This document shows positions 57,735-64,000 of a stretch of DNA of 64,000 nt, in pieces (position 1 is the stretch's first letter; every line of letters starts with the position of its first letter). The stretch covers positions 1 through 64,000 of the IMG/VR virus record IMGVR_UViG_3300046368_000651; one strand, 5' to 3'. The notes below the pieces were generated by a model. It saw only the letters and a program-made list of their open reading frames with translations. It was not told where the DNA came from and ran no database searches. Origin of the DNA: an uncultured virus (IMG/VR IMGVR_UViG_3300046368_000651) (taxonomy: Duplodnaviria > Heunggongvirae > Uroviricota > Caudoviricetes). Both the position numbers and the translations under genes were made by a program.

Positions 57735-58088
57735 TTATCTACGCATACTTGAGATGTCTTTTGCATCTTCTTTTCTGTCTGCGAATACTGGTACCATATT
57801 ACTCTTATGCATTGTTGCAATACCAAGCAACTGACGTTCGCCTGAATATACCATAGACTCCTTTGCTGGACCATGTCCTGCAATCTTGTTGCCTAGTGGT
57901 ACTGTGTCACGTGTTTTGTAATCTGGTATTTCGTTGGTGTGTTGTGCTGTACTTTTGCCTACACCCATCTTTACAAGCCACTGCTCGTGTTCAGCTTGTG
58001 CTTTTTGTAGCTTCTTACTCTTGCTTTGTTTCTGTTTACGATTGTAACGAGTGGTGGTCATATAAGGACCAACTAGTGACATTGTCAT
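57735..58088 (-). CDS. Hypothetical phage protein
   Basis: Contains GIATMHKSNMVPVF; AGGAG ribosome-binding site. Confidence 0.65.
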   Translation of the reverse strand: MTMSLVGPYMTTTRYNRKQKQSKSKKLQKAQAEHEQWLVKMGVGKSTAQHTNEIPDYKTRDTVPLGNKIAGHGPAKESMVYSGERQLLGIATMHKSNMVPVFADRKEDAKDISSMRR

Positions 58089-58121
58089 AAAAAAACTCCT
58101 GCTAATGTTTCTACTCTAAGT

Positions 58122-58150
58122 AATATAGCAGGAGTTTAGTTGAATGTCAA
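58122..58150 (-). promoter_or_regulatory. sigma70-type promoter paired to the downstream ribosome-binding site
   Basis: TTGACA-N17-TATATT; 12-bp inverted repeat at 58093-58104 and 58126-58137. Confidence 0.65.
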
Positions 58151-58153
58151 CCT

Positions 58154-58633
58154 TTATTTTGCCATTTTAGCAACTGCGGCATCATAGTCTTCACGACTTA
58201 CTACACCTTCGGTTAGTAGACGTTCACGGTTTGCCATATGTGCAGCCTGTGTGTCGTCTTTTGATCCGCCAAAGTAAGGAACACAATGTCCTTCTATTTC
58301 CATAATCTCTGTAACTTTTTTCATTTCGCCGTTGTATTCTACTTTGAAATCTCCTAAGATACGTCCAAACTTGCCTTTCATATCTTCGCCTTTGCGGTCT
58401 TCCGTAGTGATAAGTTTACCGCCGTGCTTCATAAGTTCTTTCAAACGTGCTTTAGCCGCTTCGCCGAACAAGTCTTCTACTTTGTCTCTTGTGCGTGACT
58501 CAGGCGTATCAATGCCCATAATTCTTACACGCTCGTCTGTTAGTGTTACACCAAAACCTAGATCAATGTCTACGTCTACTGTGTCGCCGTCTACTACTTT
58601 AATGACTTTTACGTCATACTCATTATGTTGCAT
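58154..58633 (-). CDS. Staphylococcal nuclease-like (SNase) protein
   Basis: KVVDGDTVDV, RVRIMGIDTPE and GKFGRILG motifs. Confidence 0.88.
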   Translation of the reverse strand: MQHNEYDVKVIKVVDGDTVDVDIDLGFGVTLTDERVRIMGIDTPESRTRDKVEDLFGEAAKARLKELMKHGGKLITTEDRKGEDMKGKFGRILGDFKVEYNGEMKKVTEIMEIEGHCVPYFGGSKDDTQAAHMANRERLLTEGVVSREDYDAAVAKMAK

Positions 58634-58645
58634 TGTGTTTCCCTC

Positions 58646-58912
58646 TTAACTTAGTTTCTTTTTAATCCACATGTAGATTGCATACACTACTAATAAGTAT
58701 GCTGTGGCTACTGTAACGTCTACAATATGTTCTCGCATGTGATAGATAAATTCTATACCTGCTTGTACATCGCCCTGACTTCCTGAGTTTTCAGTAATGT
58801 TTATTGTCTTACCTTCAAATCCATCAAATGCCCCATCTTCAATAATAATATCACATTCGATACAGTCTTCTTCGCTAGTAGGAAATTCTACTGTTTGATT
58901 TATGTCTGCCAT
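58646..58912 (-). CDS. Hypothetical protein with C-terminal TM segment
   Basis: 88 aa ORF. Confidence 0.55.
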   Translation of the reverse strand: MADINQTVEFPTSEEDCIECDIIIEDGAFDGFEGKTINITENSGSQGDVQAGIEFIYHMREHIVDVTVATAYLLVVYAIYMWIKKKLS

Positions 58913-58949
58913 TGCCCTGCCCTGTTATGTACTATGTTTATTTAGTCAT

Positions 58950-58977
58950 AAAAAAAGGCCGCATAAAGCGACCTTTT
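58950..58977 (-). terminator. Intrinsic terminator after the porin gene
   Basis: AAAAGGUCGC-UUUAU-GCGGCC followed by U7. Confidence 0.8.
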
Positions 58978-58995
58978 AGTTGTTATGTGTTTAAC

Positions 58996-59802
58996 TTAGA
59001 AGTTGAACGATAAACCTGCTGATGGTGTAAAGTCTTCTGCATCTGTGTCATAGTCAACACCAGCAGTAAATTCTGCACCTGCATAGTCCATTGTGTACTC
59101 ACCACCAATGTGCTGTAGTGTGTTTGCATCTGTACCGTTTACGTATGCTGTTAGTGAGTTTACTGCAAATGTGCCTTCATATGCAAATACTTCTGCATCT
59201 GTGTCATATGTTAATGCACTACCTGCTGTTGCTACACCTAAGTCTACGCCAGATACTGCACCACCGAACACTGTGTTTTCACTGTCCATGTTGTAGTCCA
59301 TTGCACCTGTAATAGCAAAACGATCCATATCAATTGTGTATGAACCTTGAATGTTGCTTACATCAGTTACATCTGTTGTCCAGTCTGTTAAGCCTAGTGC
59401 TACACTTGCACCAGCTACTGATACTGCTAATGATTCTGTCATTGCTGGTGTTGCCAATGTTCCGTCAGCTGCTGCATTTGCATCTGTTTCTGGCATTAAG
59501 TTGTTGTCGTCACCAAACGCTAAGCCTACGCCTGCTACTGTAGTTCCTACAGTCCATGTGTCTAGTGTTAGAGCACTACCGTCTGTTGCACTAAAGTCTA
59601 GATCTACTGTTGCCAATGAACCTGCATCGATGTCTAGTTCGATACCCATTGTGCCACCGTAGTTGTCACCAGCTGTTTCAGCAAAGTCTAAGTTTACTGC
59701 ACCTGAGATAACTGGGCCTGTTGGAGCCGCTGTTGTTGTGTCTTCCGCTGAAGCCGCACTTGCAAATGCCGCTACTGCTAAAATGGTAAATACGTTACGC
59801 AT
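58996..59802 (-). CDS. Porin-like outer membrane protein
   Basis: Signal peptide, amphipathic beta-strands, C-terminal GLSFNF. Confidence 0.7.
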   Translation of the reverse strand: MRNVFTILAVAAFASAASAEDTTTAAPTGPVISGAVNLDFAETAGDNYGGTMGIELDIDAGSLATVDLDFSATDGSALTLDTWTVGTTVAGVGLAFGDDNNLMPETDANAAADGTLATPAMTESLAVSVAGASVALGLTDWTTDVTDVSNIQGSYTIDMDRFAITGAMDYNMDSENTVFGGAVSGVDLGVATAGSALTYDTDAEVFAYEGTFAVNSLTAYVNGTDANTLQHIGGEYTMDYAGAEFTAGVDYDTDAEDFTPSAGLSFNF

Positions 59803-59875
59803 AATAATTTCCTTCTTGTTTTGTTATGTGTTCATAAAGTAAAGGGCAAGTTCGACGCTTGCCCTTTCACTGTTT

Positions 59876-59883
59876 TATTTATA
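59876..59883 (-). promoter_or_regulatory. T4-type late promoter of the porin gene
   Basis: TATAAATA followed by the leader hairpin AAAGGGCAAG/CUUGCCCUUU. Confidence 0.6.
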
Positions 59884-59950
59884 ACATACTTTAGTAAAAG
59901 TGCAACCGTTTAGGTGAATCTTTACTGAAAGTGTGTTCTCTTTGCAACAG

Positions 59951-60172
59951 TTATCCGCCGCCTTGAAATGTACCGTCATTGGCTCTATACCAATTCTTTT
60001 GGTTGTGTATTCTACCCAACAGTTCTTGTATCTCTGTCATTTCATCATGCAGTTGTGTTGATACATCACCTTGTGCAATAGCCATACCTCTACGACCTGC
60101 TTTTGCTCTTAGTGCTGATTCAATAACTTCAATGTCACGAATCGATAATTCAAACTGTTTGTTAGGTTTCAT
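59951..60172 (-). CDS. Hypothetical protein
   Basis: 73 aa ORF. Confidence 0.6.
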   Translation of the reverse strand: MKPNKQFELSIRDIEVIESALRAKAGRRGMAIAQGDVSTQLHDEMTEIQELLGRIHNQKNWYRANDGTFQGGG

Positions 60173-60173
60173 A

Positions 60174-60356
60174 TCACCAAACTCCTAATGTTCTTCCGTT
60201 GCCTGCTATAATAGCACAACATGTTAGTATATGCAAGACAATCCAAAACGTTCTAAACGCTAGTGCTCGTCTTACATCTTTTTGTCGAATGGGCAAGAAC
60301 TCTGGTTTGTCATCGTCACTAAGTCCGATTGGCATTCCAACTGTCCTTGCCCACAT
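60174..60356 (-). CDS. Small membrane protein
   Basis: MWARTVGMPIG...FWIVLHILTCCAIIAGN. Confidence 0.55.
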   Translation of the reverse strand: MWARTVGMPIGLSDDDKPEFLPIRQKDVRRALAFRTFWIVLHILTCCAIIAGNGRTLGVW

Positions 60357-60379
60357 TTTTAAAAAGCGTCTTTGTCCGC

Positions 60380-60787
60380 TCAAGTTCTGTTTCCTCGCAG
60401 AGCAAAGTACATGCCACCTACCCAAAGTAGTACATGCAGATTGTCATACCATAAGACGTCCCAGAAACTTTCGGGTTCGCCTGTCCATATAACACCTGTC
60501 ATAATACTGGCAATAGTAATACCACTGAAACGTGTAATAACATCGCCAAACTCTTTTGTGCGTTTGATATAGTCTGCCATGCCGCCGACCAACAATCCTG
60601 CGGCAGCACCAAGCTCTCCAAGTACAACAAACGTCCAAACTAATAGTGTAAGTTCTACTGGTGAGTCTTCAATGTTGATTGGCCACTTGTTCATTCCTTG
60701 CTGAAAGAATACAACAATAAGCGGAATACGAAGCAGCCAATGAGTCATACAAAACTCTGGTATTCTGTGTACTAAAGTTTTAATCAT
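60380..60787 (-). CDS. DoxX family membrane protein
   Basis: LLRIPL..VF.QQG..K and GEL...GLLVG motifs; several TM segments. Confidence 0.7.
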   Translation of the reverse strand: MIKTLVHRIPEFCMTHWLLRIPLIVVFFQQGMNKWPINIEDSPVELTLLVWTFVVLGELGAAAGLLVGGMADYIKRTKEFGDVITRFSGITIASIMTGVIWTGEPESFWDVLWYDNLHVLLWVGGMYFALRGNRT

Positions 60788-61206
60788 TACAGATCAGCCA
60801 GCAACTCCTTGAATTTCTTTTTTGACTTGCCTTTTACTTTTGTTTTGGAAATATCATTATCTCCGTCACCTACAACTACAATAGCAATCATACCCATTGT
60901 TTTGTGTGGAGTACACTGATACAAATACACACCTGGTGTGTCAAATGTAATCGCAACTTCTTTTGATAGTTTTGATTTACGTGGTGCGTCCCATCCGTCC
61001 GGACCTGCAATAAATTCTACATTGTGTCCTTTTGATGTTGGTACCCATGTGATTGTATCGCCTACTTCAATACGTGCGATATCTTCACTATATACCATCT
61101 TAGCGCCATCTTCACGCTTGTTTAGCATATCGATCGTCATATCCTCTGCGAGTGCCGGAGTGGCAAGGGCGAGGATAATACTTACTGAACTTAATAATTT
61201 TCTCAT
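60787..61206 (-). CDS. Pseudoazurin (blue copper protein)
   Basis: Signal peptide; copper ligands in GHNV and YQCTPHKTMGM. Confidence 0.9.
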   Translation of the reverse strand: MRKLLSSVSIILALATPALAEDMTIDMLNKREDGAKMVYSEDIARIEVGDTITWVPTSKGHNVEFIAGPDGWDAPRKSKLSKEVAITFDTPGVYLYQCTPHKTMGMIAIVVVGDGDNDISKTKVKGKSKKKFKELLADL

Positions 61207-61415
61207 TTCTTATCCTTTACATTGAGATTGGACGGATTGTATTGTTCGCCATTATAGCCAGGGTAGGTGTCGTCCTCTACCCCAAAGTTACATGATGCCA
61301 CAATAAACAAAAATGCTATTGATGCATATGTAGTTCGCTTGCTCCATGTTATGAAGCCTTCGAATGTCTTTTCTGCTTCTATTTGAGCGGCTGCTCTTAC
61401 TTCATTGTCTGTCAT
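61203..61415 (-). CDS. Small membrane protein resembling aa3-type cytochrome c oxidase subunit IV
   Basis: AEKTFEGFITW followed by a TM helix. Confidence 0.45.
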   Translation of the reverse strand: MTDNEVRAAAQIEAEKTFEGFITWSKRTTYASIAFLFIVASCNFGVEDDTYPGYNGEQYNPSNLNVKDKK

Positions 61416-61570
61416 TCTAAACCTATACACGGAATAAGAATAGATTGCTTACAATTTTCTGGGTAAGCAATAGCTGAGCCAAGTATAGGTAGACCAACCA
61501 TACCAATAATGATAATCAAGAATGCCCAACCTAGGCCTTTTGTAGTGCAATATTGTGTTTGCTCACTCAT
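61412..61570 (-). CDS. 52-aa membrane protein (not in track)
   Basis: MSEQTQYCTTKGLGWAFLIIIIGMVGLPILGSAIAYPENCKQSILIPCIGLE. Confidence 0.55.
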   Translation of the reverse strand: MSEQTQYCTTKGLGWAFLIIIIGMVGLPILGSAIAYPENCKQSILIPCIGLE

Positions 61571-61922
61571 GCTCGCCACCATTTGCTCGGCCGTTGTACT
61601 TACGTCCTGATTTCAAAATGTTGTTAAGTGACTCTGGATTATTTTCTGCTTGACGGAATGTTACAACTGTAATTGTAATACCACTAATCAAAAGCAAGTG
61701 AAAGGCTGCGCTTAGGCCAAAAGCCACGTAACTTCCTACCATTAGGGCAAAGATGCCACTCCAGATAAAAAACAGACACTGGAAGATCATGTGTCCTACC
61801 ATAGGGTCTAAATTACGTAGTGGTGACTTTTCTACTGTCATTACACTGTCCCACATTTCACGTGGAATGTTTGCAATTTCAGTTAGTGTGGTTGCCCAAC
61901 CAATGGGTTTTGGATTCTTCAT
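61563..61922 (-). CDS. Two-TM membrane protein
   Basis: 119 aa with AGGAG ribosome-binding site; promoter-like TTGACT-N17-TATATA at 61956-61984. Confidence 0.6.
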   Translation of the reverse strand: MKNPKPIGWATTLTEIANIPREMWDSVMTVEKSPLRNLDPMVGHMIFQCLFFIWSGIFALMVGSYVAFGLSAAFHLLLISGITITVVTFRQAENNPESLNNILKSGRKYNGRANGGEHE

Positions 61923-61998
61923 AGTTTTCTCCTGTGTGTCTTTTGGTGTGTACTATATATAGCATAAAAAAATACAGAAGTCAACCGTGCAAGGTGTG

Positions 61999-62613
61999 TT
62001 AAATTGTAGCAGGCATAGTAAATAATGCATGTACACCATCATCGGTTGGCCTACGTGCAAATACGCACCACTTGATTACATCTTGATTAGGATAATGTTC
62101 GTCACAATACTCTCGAAAACTTGTTCCTGTTGTGTACACATCATCTGCAATTAATACAGGATCTGTTGGATCTCCGCTTGCATATTTGTTTAGTGCTTCG
62201 CCTAGTGCCATACCGCCTCTTGGGATACCTTCGGCTTTGTAGAAAGGACGTTTTTGGTAATCCATTATCATACGTGCAAGTCCTTCCCACCACTCTGGGC
62301 GTATAGCATCGCACTCAATCTTCCATGCTAGTTTTAGTCCTGCATGACTTGTAAAGTCGCCAACTTCAAATAAATCTGCGCCTGTTCTAAATACCATTAG
62401 TTCTCTTTCCAATTCTTCAATATAATCTGCTGCTTGCCAAGCAAAATGTTCTGTGCATCTTGTCTTCCATTCTTCGCCTGCTTGATTTTTTAATCTTACA
62501 ACCCATTCACTTTTTTGTTGTCTTGGTATAATATCTGTATATACCTTATCAACTACATCGTGTTCGTTTTCTTCTAATTCGAATCCGTGTGTATTATGCG
62601 TCATTATTAGCAC
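61999..62613 (-). CDS. Type I phosphoribosyltransferase (orotate PRT-like) with N-terminal extension
   Basis: GDFTSHAG, GIPRGG and LIADDVYTTGTS (PRPP loop). Confidence 0.75.
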   Translation of the reverse strand: MLIMTHNTHGFELEENEHDVVDKVYTDIIPRQQKSEWVVRLKNQAGEEWKTRCTEHFAWQAADYIEELERELMVFRTGADLFEVGDFTSHAGLKLAWKIECDAIRPEWWEGLARMIMDYQKRPFYKAEGIPRGGMALGEALNKYASGDPTDPVLIADDVYTTGTSFREYCDEHYPNQDVIKWCVFARRPTDDGVHALFTMPATI

Positions 62614-63409
62614 CTGTTATCATTTTAATATTCTGTGACAACTTTGCGTTGAACTCTGCATCTGTTTGCGAATGTGCTAGTCCTTCACTTAATGCTCTGC
62701 TAAAACTTGCTGTGATGTCATTATTCATTGATAGCCTACGGCATGCTTCTTGTGTAGCATATCCGCCACTAAGGAATACAACCTTTTCTACGTTGTGTTT
62801 AACTGTCAAGTTATGATACAAGTTAGGTGTTTCAGGAGGTGTTAGTTTAAGAATAACGGAAAAGTCTTTGCCTTGTAAATATATTTCTAACAATCGATAC
62901 AGCTCATCTTCAATTGCGGCTTTGTCAGGATGATCAATCGGCACTTCGGGTTCGACAATTGGTACAAGACCGTACTCACTAATTGTGTGTGCTAGTTCAA
63001 ACTGCTGTTTAAGAACTGCACCTATCATGCTTTCACTTTTAATAATGCTACGCATCTTAGTGCCGTAGATTCGAGGACCAATGCCGTTTGTAGCCCATTC
63101 GCACATAGCACGTACATCAAATTCTTTGAGCATACCGTTGTCTTCGCATCCGCTATCAACTTTTAGAAACGTGTCAATACCTTTTTCATCAAGCACATTA
63201 ACCATGCCGCGGGTGACTGTGTCTTGGTAGAGGATTGCTCCCCAGATGTTTGAGTCGTTGAAGTCAGGACTGTTGACCATTCTAAGACGCATAGCATGAA
63301 CTTTCTCCATCTTGTTTTCTTCTGTGTATTCTTGTCCGTAGCGTTCTAGTACGCCACCTGTTGAACCACCACTGTGATCCATTGCTGCAATAAATCTATG
63401 ATCACTCAT
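62594..63409 (-). CDS. Class I fructose-bisphosphate aldolase
   Basis: FIAAMDHSGGST, FLKVDSG, GTKMRS, PIVEPEV, LSGGY and ASFSRAL motifs. Confidence 0.9.
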   Translation of the reverse strand: MSDHRFIAAMDHSGGSTGGVLERYGQEYTEENKMEKVHAMRLRMVNSPDFNDSNIWGAILYQDTVTRGMVNVLDEKGIDTFLKVDSGCEDNGMLKEFDVRAMCEWATNGIGPRIYGTKMRSIIKSESMIGAVLKQQFELAHTISEYGLVPIVEPEVPIDHPDKAAIEDELYRLLEIYLQGKDFSVILKLTPPETPNLYHNLTVKHNVEKVVFLSGGYATQEACRRLSMNNDITASFSRALSEGLAHSQTDAEFNAKLSQNIKMITGANNDA

Positions 63410-63740
63410 ATGTTTCGCCTGTTTCACGGAAGAAGTTTTCACTCCAAAATGCTTTGTCGTCAATCCATACATCGTAGTTTTCTTTTTTGCCTACGCTGAG
63501 TTCATGATACTTTGCACCCCAACCCTCTAATTGGTTCTTGGTTAGGTCGTAATAGTCAACGCCACTAACACACCCGCGAGCAGTCATATACTTAATTGTA
63601 TGTCCTGCATCGTACAATGCATTTACTCGTGCAATGCGTTCTGGCATTGGAATATGATTTGCATAATCCTTCTTGCCGCCGCTGTCTGGAATAATTACTT
63701 CCTTGCAGATCGTACCGTCGATATCAATTACATATTTCAT
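63402..63740 (-). CDS. HAD-family phosphatase
   Basis: DIDGTI, TARG and K...DVWIDDKA motifs. Confidence 0.85.
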   Translation of the reverse strand: MKYVIDIDGTICKEVIIPDSGGKKDYANHIPMPERIARVNALYDAGHTIKYMTARGCVSGVDYYDLTKNQLEGWGAKYHELSVGKKENYDVWIDDKAFWSENFFRETGETYE

Positions 63741-63761
63741 TAAACGTCCTTTATATTAGAG

Positions 63762-63924
63762 TGGCACTTCTGTTGCTAGGCAGTACCCGCCCCCACATAC
63801 CCTTAGGCTGCTAATGCCATTTCTGGCGCATAATTGTTATTTGCAATTATAAAGTTTGACCAATAACGCAGTCATCCGGTTAACTCCACTTCACTTTCAC
63901 ACCTGTCGATCCTAGTTCTGCCCC
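63762..63924 (-). ncRNA. ssrA: tmRNA, tag-coding part of a two-piece (permuted) gene
   Basis: 5' GGGGCAGAACUAGGAUCGAC; tag ORF 63844-63803 encodes ANNNYAPEMALAA*; alpha-type 3' GCAACAGAAG element; no T-arm/CCA follows. Confidence 0.88.
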
Positions 63925-64000
63925 ATCATAAACATACGACTTGCGGCTTTCGGCCCTTGTCCTATGCACAGGAAAGTAGGTGCATCTACTCTCATATGTT

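Noticed and set aside
63745..63775. One-piece tmRNA ending at GTGCCA
   Set aside because: No T-arm or acceptor-stem complement precedes this CCA.
1..64000. Bacterial chromosome, given clpP, infA, rpsU, guaC, ssrA and tRNAs
   Set aside because: These genes are out of bacterial operon context and interleaved with baseplate/tail genes, T4-type late promoters and dense small ORFs. No integrase or att site was seen.

Overview
This 64 kb window comes from a large T4-related (probably jumbo) myophage and lies almost entirely on the minus strand. The host is most likely a marine alphaproteobacterium, inferred from the two-piece tmRNA with tag ANNNYAPEMALAA, a ROSE-like leader, the porin, pseudoazurin and hemO/pcyX. 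Positions 2.1-16.1 kb encode baseplate and tail-fibre proteins. The remainder is accessory: glycan or small-molecule modification enzymes, IscA, UvsE, QueD, ClpP, ClpS, a small heat-shock protein, IF-1, S21, GuaC, class I aldolase, heme oxygenase plus bilin reductase, a curli (CsgF/CsgG/curlin)-FecR-CHASE2 cyclase cassette, 8 tRNAs, an HNH endonuclease and a tmRNA. Both sigma70-type promoters (TTGACA-N17-TAnnnT) and T4-late-type promoters (TATAAATA) recur. The standout observation is a 20-codon leader peptide (27820-27882) with mutually exclusive antiterminator and terminator hairpins directly upstream of tRNA-Trp, tRNA-Ile2(CAU) and tRNA-Pro(UGG). Its control codons (ATA x4, TGG, CCA, CCG) are exactly those the three tRNAs read, suggesting a ribosome-mediated attenuator that turns phage tRNAs on when those tRNAs become limiting. 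Product calls rest on motif recognition only; no database searches were run.
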